Source: Bdellovibrionales bacterium
GTDB taxonomy: Bacteria > Bdellovibrionota > Bdellovibrionia > Bdellovibrionales > JAMPXM01
Assembly (NCBI GenBank): GCA_043746165.1
Contig: JAYTRM010000191.1
Span: forward strand, 1 to 46,525
Reading direction: 5' to 3'
DNA: 46,525 bases
Shown here in pieces: positions 8,753-17,873 of this stretch. The stretch's first letter is position 1, and each line of letters starts with the position of its first letter. Under the pieces are notes generated by a model. It searched no databases, had not been told where the DNA came from, and saw only the letters and a list, made by a program, of their open reading frames with translations. A program made the position numbers and the translations under genes.

Positions 8753-10816
8753 ATGACGGATACCGCGCTTTTTGCCATTCTCCTTCTCGCGCCACTCGTT
8801 GGCTTTTTGATCAATGGCGTTCGCCTCGAGAGACAACCCGCACATAGCCATGGTGAGCACGGACACGGAAATGCTGCGGAGCCAGCCGACGGGCACTCCA
8901 ACGCGCACGACGATGCGCACGACGACGCGCACGGCGACCATGCAAATCATGGCGGTAACAGCGCCGCCAGACCACTTCTCGCGGGCGTCATCGCCACCAC
9001 TGCGGTTGCGATTTCATTTTTGTGCGCCATCGCTTTGGTCTCAAAACTCTTCGGCGAAGGTGCGCCTTCTTCGGTCTCTGCCCAATTTTATGAGTGGTTG
9101 AATATTGGTTCGCTGCGAATTTCGGCAGGCGTCGTCATCGATCACATCAGTGCAATTATGGTTTTGGTCGTAACTGGGGTCGGAACTCTGATCCACCTAT
9201 TTTCGGTCGGCTATATGTCGCACGATGCCCGTCCATCGAAGTACTTCGCGTACTTGAACCTGTTCTTGTTCAACATGCTTCTCCTGATCCTCGGCGATAA
9301 TTTGCTGATGATGTTCATCGGCTGGGAAGGTGTTGGCCTTTGCTCGTATCTGCTCATTGGCTTCTGGTTCACGGACAAAGAAAAAGCCGCCGCTGGAATG
9401 AAGGCCTTCGTCACCAACCGAATCGGCGACGCCGGCTTTCTACTTGGAATTTTCTCGCTCTTTTTCCTGTTCGGCACCGTTAACTTTCAAGAACTGATTC
9501 AACACGCCCCCCACGTTCCAGAAGTTCTTTGGACTGGCCCGGTGACTCTCGCCTGTCTCTTTCTCTTTGTCGGCGCGACGGGCAAGTCGGCGCAGATTCC
9601 CTTGTACGTCTGGCTGCCCGACGCGATGGCCGGTCCGACGCCCGTTTCAGCCCTGATCCACGCAGCGACGATGGTGACCGCGGGCGTTTACATGATCGTC
9701 CGCTTGCATCCGCTCTTTCTGGCGGCCCCCCATGCTCTGAATGTCATCGCCGTGATCGGTGCGGCGACGGCTTTGCTGGCGGCGACGATTGGCCTCACCC
9801 AATGGGACATCAAAAAAGTTCTCGCTTATTCGACAGTTTCGCAGCTGGGCTACATGTTCCTTGCGTGCGGCGTCGGTGCCTTCGGCGCGGCGATTTTTCA
9901 CTTGATGACCCACGCATTTTTTAAAGCTTTGATGTTCTTGGGCTCGGGCTCGGTCATCCATGCCATGAGCGAAGAGCAAGATATTCGCAAAATGGGTGGA
10001 CTCCGAAAATACCTGCCAATCACCCACTTTACTTTTTTAATGGGTTGGCTCGCAATTATTGGCCTTCCACCCTTTGCTGGATTTTTTTCCAAAGATGAAA
10101 TTCTCTGGCAGGCGTTCAGTAGTCCCTTCGGCAACAGAGGTCTGTGGATCGTTGGCGTGATCGCTGCAGCTTGCACGGCGTTCTACATGACTCGCTTGAT
10201 GGCTATGACCTTCTGGGGTGAGAGCCGCGTGAGTAAGAGCGTGCATCCGCACGAATCACCACTTGTAATGACTTTGCCGCTGATCATTTTGGCCATCTTG
10301 TCGGTGGTCGGCGGCCTTATCGGCATTCCGCATGCGCTCACTGAAATTCTTCCCGGTCATCCGGGCAACTGGCTTGAGCACTGGTTTGAAGGCGTGATCG
10401 TGACACCTGAGGTCGCCGAGGGCGGCGCAAAGACTGCGCTCGAACTTTCGCTGATGGGCGTGTCTGTTTCGGTCGCAGGCGTGGCGGCGTTGCTCGCTTA
10501 TTCGTTCTACGTCGTCTCGCCAGGCCGTCCAGCAGCTTTCGTGTCAAATATTCGCTGGTTTTATAACCTGGTTTACAACAAATACTTCGTCGACGAATTT
10601 TACGTTGCCAAGATCATCGACCCGATCGTGGGCGCCAGTAAAGCCTTATGGGCCTATGTCGACGTCGGCTTCATCGACAAAGCCACCTACGTGCTTGCCG
10701 ATTTGGTTAAAGGCTTAGGCTCGATGATGAGAACTTTGCAAAATGGCAATATGCAGCAGTACGCCCTCTACATTGCGATGGGCGTGGCCGCGACTATCTT
10801 TTTGATTTTGAGGTGA
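8753..10816 (+). CDS. nuoL: NADH-quinone oxidoreductase subunit L, with a His-rich insertion
   Basis: GWEGVG, TNRIGD, GKSAQIPL..WLPDAMAGPTPVSALIHAATMV, HAFFKA. Confidence 0.98.
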   Translation: MTDTALFAILLLAPLVGFLINGVRLERQPAHSHGEHGHGNAAEPADGHSNAHDDAHDDAHGDHANHGGNSAARPLLAGVIATTAVAISFLCAIALVSKLFGEGAPSSVSAQFYEWLNIGSLRISAGVVIDHISAIMVLVVTGVGTLIHLFSVGYMSHDARPSKYFAYLNLFLFNMLLLILGDNLLMMFIGWEGVGLCSYLLIGFWFTDKEKAAAGMKAFVTNRIGDAGFLLGIFSLFFLFGTVNFQELIQHAPHVPEVLWTGPVTLACLFLFVGATGKSAQIPLYVWLPDAMAGPTPVSALIHAATMVTAGVYMIVRLHPLFLAAPHALNVIAVIGAATALLAATIGLTQWDIKKVLAYSTVSQLGYMFLACGVGAFGAAIFHLMTHAFFKALMFLGSGSVIHAMSEEQDIRKMGGLRKYLPITHFTFLMGWLAIIGLPPFAGFFSKDEILWQAFSSPFGNRGLWIVGVIAAACTAFYMTRLMAMTFWGESRVSKSVHPHESPLVMTLPLIILAILSVVGGLIGIPHALTEILPGHPGNWLEHWFEGVIVTPEVAEGGAKTALELSLMGVSVSVAGVAALLAYSFYVVSPGRPAAFVSNIRWFYNLVYNKYFVDEFYVAKIIDPIVGASKALWAYVDVGFIDKATYVLADLVKGLGSMMRTLQNGNMQQYALYIAMGVAATIFLILR
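8903..8938 (+). repeat. 12-bp in-frame tandem repeat x3 (AHDD/AHDD/AHGD) in nuoL
   Basis: gcgcacgacgat gcgcacgacgac gcgcacggcgac. Confidence 0.85.
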
Positions 10817-10823
10817 GGACCTA

Positions 10824-12419
10824 ATGAATCTTCTTTCTGCGATTACGCTCCTGCCGGTGCTTTTTGCCGTTATTGTGATGTGCGTGCCGAAAACCGTGGT
10901 GCGGCCCGTGGCGCTGCTCTTGGCGTTGTTTGAGTTCGGTCTAAGTCTCAGTATCCTGAGCCATTTTGATAAGGGTTCGGCCCTCTTACAGATGGCAGAA
11001 AACATCCCGTGGATCCCCGAATTCGGAGTCAGTTATTACATCGGCGTCGACGGCCTCTCTCTTTGGCTCGTTCTCCTGACGACGTTCCTCACGCCGCTCG
11101 TGGTTCTCGGCAGCTGGACATCGATTGATAAATCGATCAAGGGATTTCACGCCGCTCTTTTTGTCTTGCAGACCTCCATGCTCGGCTCGTTCGTCGCGAT
11201 GGACGCGATTTTATTCTACGTTTTTTTCGAACTTTCACTGGTGCCGATGTATTTCATGGTCGGTATTTGGGGTGGGCAGCGGCGCGTTTACGCGACCGTA
11301 AAGTTCTTTATTTTCACAATGGTGGGCTCGCTCCTGATGTTGCTTGCGATCATCTATTTGATGTTCGCTGCGCACGACACCCTCGGCACGATGACTGCGA
11401 GCCTTCCGGCGCTTTATCAGCTTAAATTGCCGTTCATTGCCGGTGACCTCTTAAATCCGCAGACGCTGCTTTTCCTGGCATTCTCGATCGCCTTTGCAAT
11501 TAAGGTTCCGATGTTTCCGGTGCATACGTGGCTGCCCGATGCGCACGTCGAGGCGCCGACTCCCGGTTCGGTCATCCTGGCGGGCGTGATGCTGAAAATG
11601 GGAAGTTTTGGTTTCTTGCGCTTCGTGATCCCACTCTTTCCCGAAGCTTCTGAACACTTTGCGTGGGTTTTCATCTTGCTCGGCGTGGTTGGCATTATTT
11701 ACGGCGCACTCGTGGCTATGGTTCAGCCAGATATCAAAAAGCTCGTTGCCTATTCTTCAGTTTCGCACATGGGCTACGTGATGATCGGAATGTTTGCGCT
11801 CAATAACTATGGCGTGAGCGGTAGTCTTTACCAAATGCTCAATCACGGTATCTCGACCGGCGCGCTCTTTTTCTTGGTCGGCATGATTTACGAGCGCACG
11901 CATTCGCGTGAAATCTCTCGATATGGCGGTTTGGCAAAAGTCCTTCCAATCTTTACGATCTTGTTTTTCATCGTGACGCTCTCAAGCATAGCGGTGCCCA
12001 TGACCAATGGTTTCATCGGCGAATTTCTGATCCTGATGGGGACCTTCGCAGTGCAAAAAGGTTTCGCGATTTTGGCAGTTATGGGCGTCGTGCTTGGTGC
12101 CGTCTACATGCTCTGGATGTTTAAACGGGTCTTTTTCGGTGAGCCAGGCGAGCTGGTAAAAGATACCCATCATCCACTGCACGATTTGAATCTTCGTGAG
12201 ATCGCGGTCATAGTGCCTTTGCTGGTGATGATTTTCTGGATGGGTCTTTTTCCCAATCACTTTCTCGATTGGACAAAGGCAAGCGTCGATAACCTAGTCG
12301 ACAACAAAGACAATTACCGAATCACCGCGACGAATGGAGCAACAGCGGGATCAGCAGCTCCAGTGGGCAACTTAGCGCGCGTGACCGCACACCTGCCGCC
12401 AGTTAAGGAGCAGAAATGA
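10824..12419 (+). CDS. nuoM: NADH-quinone oxidoreductase subunit M
   Basis: HTWLPDAHVEAPT, LKMG, AYSSVSHMG, NGFIGEF. Confidence 0.98.
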   Translation: MNLLSAITLLPVLFAVIVMCVPKTVVRPVALLLALFEFGLSLSILSHFDKGSALLQMAENIPWIPEFGVSYYIGVDGLSLWLVLLTTFLTPLVVLGSWTSIDKSIKGFHAALFVLQTSMLGSFVAMDAILFYVFFELSLVPMYFMVGIWGGQRRVYATVKFFIFTMVGSLLMLLAIIYLMFAAHDTLGTMTASLPALYQLKLPFIAGDLLNPQTLLFLAFSIAFAIKVPMFPVHTWLPDAHVEAPTPGSVILAGVMLKMGSFGFLRFVIPLFPEASEHFAWVFILLGVVGIIYGALVAMVQPDIKKLVAYSSVSHMGYVMIGMFALNNYGVSGSLYQMLNHGISTGALFFLVGMIYERTHSREISRYGGLAKVLPIFTILFFIVTLSSIAVPMTNGFIGEFLILMGTFAVQKGFAILAVMGVVLGAVYMLWMFKRVFFGEPGELVKDTHHPLHDLNLREIAVIVPLLVMIFWMGLFPNHFLDWTKASVDNLVDNKDNYRITATNGATAGSAAPVGNLARVTAHLPPVKEQK

Positions 12420-13906
12420 ACGCGCAGACCCAACAAGTTTTGCAGGATTCCGTCGTCATTTTGCCGATCAGTGTTCTATTTTTGGTAAGTTTGATTCCGA
12501 TTCTAATTAAGGTTTTCCGCGGCAATCGCGAGCCGCAACCGTTTTCCACTTTGCTGTACGGCTTCATTGGATTGGTATTTGCCACCGGTATCACTGCGGC
12601 TATGGCCGGCGGCCAAAAAACCGCTTTCTCGCTCGCCATCGTGCTCGATGATGTCTCGGTGTGGAGCAGCTGCCTTGTTTATTTCATCACTGCGATTGTC
12701 CTGATGCTCAGCTATGACCACGCGGCGACGAAGGGCAAACAGTTTTCGGAATTTTGTTTTCTCTTAATCAGCTCCGCGATCGGCATGGTGATTTTGATCA
12801 TGTCTAACGACCTGATTGTCACGTTCCTCGGTATTGAAATGATGTCGCTAGCGCTTTACATCCTGGTGGCGATGAGTAAAGAAGAGACACTCGCGAAAGA
12901 AGCCGCGTTTAAATACTTTATCCTCGGAAGCTTTGCCTCGGCGATTTTTCTTTACGGTATTGCGCTGATCTACGGCACTGCGGGCACGACCTACCTGATC
13001 GGCAACGAGAGTACGGTCGGCCTCGTGCAAAACGCTGGGCGACTGATTTCTACCAACCGAATCTTTCTGGTCGGACTTGGTTTTGTCACTCTGGGCTTCT
13101 CATTCAAGGTGGCACTCTTTCCGTTCCATGCCTGGGCGCCCGATGTTTACCAGGGAGCCCCGACGCCGATCACGGCTTTCATGGCGACAGCGGTGAAGGC
13201 AGCGACCTTCGTGGCCTTCATTCGACTTTTCCATTGCCAAGGACTCGCGTCATCTGCGGCGTTTATGAACGCGATGTCATGGATTGCCGTGCTGACCATG
13301 GTGCTTGGAAATGCCGCGGCCATCATGCAGGACAACGTCAAACGCATGCTCGCTTATTCGAGCGTTGCGCATTCTGGCTACGCGATGGTGGGCCTTATCG
13401 CCGCGGGCTTTGGCTCGGATTTCAATGCCAGCGCTTCGAGCGTGCTATTTTACTTGTTTAGCTACTCCTTCATGACCATGGGGTCTTTCGCGCTCGTTGG
13501 ACTTTTAGAAAAGGAAGCCGGCACGATCATTCGCATGGATGACCTCAAGGGGCTCGCGCGCCGCCATCCGGTACTTGCACTTAGCTTCACCATTCTCATG
13601 CTGAGTCTTGCGGGAATCCCACCGACCCTCGGATTTTTTGGTAAGTTGTACATCTTCTCGGCCGCGATCGAACAAGATATGTACTGGCTCGCGTTCTGGG
13701 GCGTTCTTAGCTCCGCGATCAGCGTGTATTACTACTTGCGTCCGGTTGTCATGATGTACATGTCTGAAGAAGAAGGTGCCGAGATCGTTCATGCCAATAT
13801 CATGACCCGCTTCACGGTCATAGCAGCGGCCCTGATCATCGTCGTCGTCGGAATTTTTTCGTCGCCGGCGATTCGCGCGATTCGCTCGGCCTTTAATTTA
13901 CTCTAA
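12416..13906 (+). CDS. nuoN: NADH-quinone oxidoreductase subunit N
   Basis: EAAFKYF, PFHAWAPDVYQGAP, KRMLAYSSVAH, SLAGIPP; 4-bp overlap with nuoM. Confidence 0.98.
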   Translation: MNAQTQQVLQDSVVILPISVLFLVSLIPILIKVFRGNREPQPFSTLLYGFIGLVFATGITAAMAGGQKTAFSLAIVLDDVSVWSSCLVYFITAIVLMLSYDHAATKGKQFSEFCFLLISSAIGMVILIMSNDLIVTFLGIEMMSLALYILVAMSKEETLAKEAAFKYFILGSFASAIFLYGIALIYGTAGTTYLIGNESTVGLVQNAGRLISTNRIFLVGLGFVTLGFSFKVALFPFHAWAPDVYQGAPTPITAFMATAVKAATFVAFIRLFHCQGLASSAAFMNAMSWIAVLTMVLGNAAAIMQDNVKRMLAYSSVAHSGYAMVGLIAAGFGSDFNASASSVLFYLFSYSFMTMGSFALVGLLEKEAGTIIRMDDLKGLARRHPVLALSFTILMLSLAGIPPTLGFFGKLYIFSAAIEQDMYWLAFWGVLSSAISVYYYLRPVVMMYMSEEEGAEIVHANIMTRFTVIAAALIIVVVGIFSSPAIRAIRSAFNLL

Positions 13907-13923
13907 GTTTGTCTCAGTTGCTG

Positions 13924-14586
13924 TCAGTAGACTGGCGTTTCCTCTGCAGTGGGCTCGTCATCCGGCGCAGCCTCGTCCGCTTGCTTGAGCATTTTTTCGA
14001 TCTCACTTTGCAGATTGATTCCGGGCGGAGGAAAATTATGATTTTCAACTTGGTGAATTCGTCTGTTGCAACCGCCATTGTAGTTGCCGTGCGCACCTTG
14101 ATCTCCCATGATCACGATTCGTGAAAAAACGCCGAGTGATCCGCAGCCCGGTGGCAGAGCTCCAGTTTCGGCCGCGATACTTTCAAGCAACACAGTTACA
14201 CGTTTCGCACCACTCGAAAATGCGATCAGCCCTGGGTGGTCAAACGTCATGCCCTTACAGGCTGCTTTAGCTCGTTTTATAATGAGCGAGGGCTGAACAC
14301 CTATCCAGGTGAAATCCATTCCAGTTGAGAGATTGCGTACATTGGCTTGCGGGACCGCGATGGTCGCACCCGTCGCGTCTGCGACCGCCTGGAGTTTGGC
14401 CCGATTTCCCGTTTCCCAATTGGTGAAGACATCGCTCCCTTTAAATTGTGGGTACTGGCCACTCATGTATACAGCTGTGATGGTCCCGTTCGAGCCGGCT
14501 TTGGGCACGATGCAAGTGGGAGTGAAATAACTCCTTGCTTGAGCTTCGACCGCGAACATGGACCATAAAAGAATAAGAATCTTCAT
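13924..14586 (-). CDS. secreted protein, putative minimal alpha/beta-hydrolase (paralogue A)
   Basis: Signal peptide (AQA), AFSSGA nucleophile-elbow-like motif, HNFPP, four Cys; clear similarity to the adjacent ORF. Confidence 0.7.
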   Translation of the reverse strand: MKILILLWSMFAVEAQARSYFTPTCIVPKAGSNGTITAVYMSGQYPQFKGSDVFTNWETGNRAKLQAVADATGATIAVPQANVRNLSTGMDFTWIGVQPSLIIKRAKAACKGMTFDHPGLIAFSSGAKRVTVLLESIAAETGALPPGCGSLGVFSRIVIMGDQGAHGNYNGGCNRRIHQVENHNFPPPGINLQSEIEKMLKQADEAAPDDEPTAEETPVY

Positions 14587-15299
14587 CGAGAATCTCCGTT
14601 TGCATTGTTATCTAGCTCGCTTATTTTAGGACTGCTAGGGTCCACCGCCGGTTTCGCCGGTAGAATTTTTTTCAAGATCGCCGGCAGGCTCGGGCTTAGC
14701 GGTGGGAAAACGTGGGGAGAAATTTCGAAAACAGTCCGGCCGCATTTTCCCTGCTGGGGACCGTTCACACCTTGGGCACCGATCACAAAGATGCCGTTGT
14801 ATTTTTTGAATGCCGCGCATGTCATTTCGTCTAGCATTCGCGCCAGGCGAATCGCGCCACTCGAAAAGCCAAGAAGCACGCGGTGGAGGGATAGCGAAGA
14901 GCCGCACGCGTCGACAGCGGCTTTCTCAATTTTCGCAAGTGAAACAAGATTCCAAGCGTGCTGCGTCCCGTAACCGTCACCGAAGTTTCGGAGCGGCGCC
15001 AGGGGAACTGCGATCTTGATATTTAACTTATTAGCGAGACTGCTTAAGTAGACTCGATTTGCCTCTTCAATTTCGATGTAACCATTTGAATCATCATCGC
15101 TGTTTGCTGGAAATAAACCGCTTAGATAGATGACCTGTACAGGCAAATCGCTGGCCGATGTAGAATAAAAGCACGTTGGATTCTGCACGGATTCGTCGTC
15201 AGCAAGAGCGCGCGGCATAAGTACAAACACTGTCATTACAAACAGCATGACCGGTTTTATTCGCCTTAGGCCTAAGTCAATCTTGCGATGCAAAAGCAT
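14583..15299 (-). CDS. secreted protein, putative minimal alpha/beta-hydrolase (paralogue B)
   Basis: ATG15299 gives a signal peptide ending ALA; GFSSGA (GxSxG), HVFPP, four Cys; the track's start at 15509 overlaps the upstream gene. Confidence 0.7.
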   Translation of the reverse strand: MLLHRKIDLGLRRIKPVMLFVMTVFVLMPRALADDESVQNPTCFYSTSASDLPVQVIYLSGLFPANSDDDSNGYIEIEEANRVYLSSLANKLNIKIAVPLAPLRNFGDGYGTQHAWNLVSLAKIEKAAVDACGSSLSLHRVLLGFSSGAIRLARMLDEMTCAAFKKYNGIFVIGAQGVNGPQQGKCGRTVFEISPHVFPPLSPSLPAILKKILPAKPAVDPSSPKISELDNNANGDSR

Positions 15300-16191
15300 A
15301 AATGAGGCTTCCACCTTTAATTTTTTTGAGCAATTCACGAGTGTGAGCACCGCGCGGAATTCCGAAGCAACCTTCGTCGAGTTCACCTTCGGGCCGACAC
15401 CATTCAGGATGTCGCAAGCCCGAGGGATAGTGCTGTTCGCGCCGCCGGCATTTTGCTTGATTGTATTCTGGGCCGACGTCGTACTCGTGAACCCAGATTC
15501 CCCTCGCAAAGGCGTTTGAATTGGTTGGACTTATTCCGTAGAGATTCATTTTTTTCCCAAAGATCGGATGAGTCTCGACCTTTCTTCCGGTCAAAAAACC
15601 GCCAATGGAGGTTTTGAAAGAATTGATTCGATTGGAGAAGTACTTGGGCTTGCCACCCACGTCGGTTCTGCGTCCGTGCGAGACTGCCATGCGATCGACG
15701 GTTCCTGCCTTAAGATCGAGAAGCCAAAAACCTTGCTCGTTCATCGGCATCGAGCTGTTGATGATGGTGAGAAAAGACCGATTTTTAAATTGCTTGCGAT
15801 ACCTGTCATTGGCTGTTTGATCGAAAAGCTTAAAGGCCTTGGTGAGTGGCTCCTGGGGAATTCCTAGGGCGACGAAATGATCAAACAGTGTTTGCGGCAG
15901 TCCGTTTTCATCCGTCAGCATACGCTGAAACAGCGAGACATGCGCAAGCTCGACCGGATCATCGGCAAGGAGGGGATCTGGGTCCGCTGCGAAATTCTGA
16001 TCTGAGTTCTGATCTGAGTTCTGGGTAGGAGAATCAAAACCGTGATTTTGACCCCACTGCGCTTCGGCCAATTCGCTCATGAACAGGCAAGTCATGAGGG
16101 CGAAAGGGAAGCCGATTAAAATAAAGCGAAGACGGCACATCATAGATTTTTGATCGGCAAAATATGTTCTGATATCAAGATCCTGCGTCAC
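15277..16191 (-). CDS. murein L,D-transpeptidase catalytic-domain family protein (YkuD-like), atypical active site
   Basis: VSHGR, FSNRINSFKTSIGGFLTG, NSNAFARGIWVH, GC.., IKGGSLIY resemble the YkuD_2-type family; signal peptide if the start is ATG16143. Confidence 0.78.
   Translation of the reverse strand: MTQDLDIRTYFADQKSMMCRLRFILIGFPFALMTCLFMSELAEAQWGQNHGFDSPTQNSDQNSDQNFAADPDPLLADDPVELAHVSLFQRMLTDENGLPQTLFDHFVALGIPQEPLTKAFKLFDQTANDRYRKQFKNRSFLTIINSSMPMNEQGFWLLDLKAGTVDRMAVSHGRRTDVGGKPKYFSNRINSFKTSIGGFLTGRKVETHPIFGKKMNLYGISPTNSNAFARGIWVHEYDVGPEYNQAKCRRREQHYPSGLRHPEWCRPEGELDEGCFGIPRGAHTRELLKKIKGGSLIYAFASQD
15995..16023. repeat. 12-bp tandem repeat x2.4 (QNSD) in the L,D-transpeptidase N-terminal linker
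   Basis: ttctgatctgag ttctgatctgag ttctg. Confidence 0.8.
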
Positions 16192-16216
16192 TTATTATCA
16201 AATTGAGACGATCTAC

Positions 16217-17422
16217 TCAAAGGTCGAATTTTCGTAAGACCTGCAGGGCAGCACGGAATCCAATGTGCACGATTCGGCCGAGAATTTCGGCGTTGAGGCT
16301 GAAGTGATCGACGAAGAACATCTCGTGGTCCTGCGGACTCGGATGAATATAAATGTAGTCGACGCCGGTCTTGTGATTCGCACGTTGTGCGATAATTTCG
16401 AGCAGTCGGGTGCGGTGTTCCTCCGAAAGTCCAGCATTGCGGCAGTAGCCATCGACTGTCTCGAGAATGGCGGAGATGTGGCCCTGGTGTTCAATATGCT
16501 TTTCGATTTTCTGCTCGACCAATTGATAGAGAGCCTGGTTGATGATGAGCGGAATTCCGTAATTGTGCAAGCTGCCCATGGCAGGCGTGTAGTGATACGG
16601 TTGCACGGAGTAACTCGAGATGACAAGATCGGCACCAGCATCGGCAGCTGCGTGAGTCGAGAGTGTTTCGCGAATTTCCCCATCGAAGAAAAAAATCTCA
16701 CGCCCCTTATTATTGACGATTCCATACGGGGCAAATACTGGGGGAAGGCTCGCGCTCGCAGCCACCGCTTCGCTGATCGTCGCGTAATTGGCATATTCGA
16801 TGCGTTTTTCTTTGCGGGTCTCGGGAAAATTTCCAAAGATCACTTTGCGCGAGTGATTGAGCTGAGTTGCAACAATGTACAGCTCGACCCCGAGGCTCGC
16901 AAAACTGTTTTCGCGTAAGACTTGAGTGCGCAAGTAGCGCTCGATTCCTTTAGTCGTAAACAGTCCATTGATCTTAAAACCGTTTTTGATCAGCGCTTCG
17001 AGGCCGCCAGTCACGATCGATTTTCGCCTGAGCATGTTGGGAATGAAGCCAAGGAAATTGCCGCCGTTCAGTGCGAAAATATCGCGATAGGTGATCGGCT
17101 TAAGTCGGGTTTCGGGTCTGCGGAGTTTGGTGAGGCCGTGGAGATCGCTGGCCGCGCCCCGTTCAAAGGCATCGATCACGGCTTCGATCGAGTATCCGGC
17201 AGCTAAGAAAGTCGTAATCACCGCACCGGCGCTGGAGCCAACATAGATTTTAAAAGTCAGCCTACCATCAGAGTGACGCGCCTCAATATCGCTGGCCGTA
17301 CCACCGGCAAATGAAAAACCTTTTTCTCGGAGAGCCAAGCAAACTCCGAGGTGAAAGGCCGCAGCTTTTATCCCGCCGCCACTAAGGACAAGCGCGATTC
17401 TTTTTTTTTCGCTCAGGCGCAT
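16217..17422 (-). CDS. patatin-like phospholipase
   Basis: LSGGGIKAAAFHLG glycine-rich loop, GSSAG, ASASLPPVF, DGE in place of DGG; start likely ATG17422. Confidence 0.9.
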   Translation of the reverse strand: MRLSEKKRIALVLSGGGIKAAAFHLGVCLALREKGFSFAGGTASDIEARHSDGRLTFKIYVGSSAGAVITTFLAAGYSIEAVIDAFERGAASDLHGLTKLRRPETRLKPITYRDIFALNGGNFLGFIPNMLRRKSIVTGGLEALIKNGFKINGLFTTKGIERYLRTQVLRENSFASLGVELYIVATQLNHSRKVIFGNFPETRKEKRIEYANYATISEAVAASASLPPVFAPYGIVNNKGREIFFFDGEIRETLSTHAAADAGADLVISSYSVQPYHYTPAMGSLHNYGIPLIINQALYQLVEQKIEKHIEHQGHISAILETVDGYCRNAGLSEEHRTRLLEIIAQRANHKTGVDYIYIHPSPQDHEMFFVDHFSLNAEILGRIVHIGFRAALQVLRKFDL

Positions 17423-17468
17423 CAGCGCATAGTACCACACCCAAAAGGAATTATGATAGAACCTAGCA

Positions 17469-17873
17469 ATGGCAACTGGACAGTGGCTGCGCTTGACAGA
17501 TTATTCTTCAAAGTACCGAGTCAGTATTTCGACTCTGCGCCGTCGCATCAAAGACGGTCGTCTCCAACATCGATTTGCAGATGGCCGCTATTTGATTATG
17601 GATGAAGCCCCGACCGAGCCGTTCAATGAACCTGGCGACGGCGAAGCTGCTCAAATCTCAAGCACGATGGCCGCAGACGGACCCATTCTTTCGTCGGCCA
17701 ATAAACTTCTCTCCGAGTTGAAGCTCGCCTACATGAGCATTCTTCATGAAAAAGAAGAACAAATCATCGAACTGAAAGCGGAAGTCAGCGACCTTGCGAC
17801 CCTGGTTAGAGTGCTCGAGGATGACAACCGAAGTCTTCGCCACCAACTCGGGCGCCCGGCTGCAGATTGTTAA
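17469..17873 (+). CDS. MerR/Xis-like HTH protein with C-terminal coiled coil
   Basis: WLRLTDYSSKYRVSISTLRRRIKDG HTH; heptad region KEEQIIELKAEVSDLATLVRVLEDDNRSL. Confidence 0.75.
   Translation: MATGQWLRLTDYSSKYRVSISTLRRRIKDGRLQHRFADGRYLIMDEAPTEPFNEPGDGEAAQISSTMAADGPILSSANKLLSELKLAYMSILHEKEEQIIELKAEVSDLATLVRVLEDDNRSLRHQLGRPAADC

Noticed and set aside
15300-15509. N-terminal 70 aa of the track ORF 14583-15509
   Set aside because: Overlaps the L,D-transpeptidase catalytic region in another frame; the signal peptide begins at 15299
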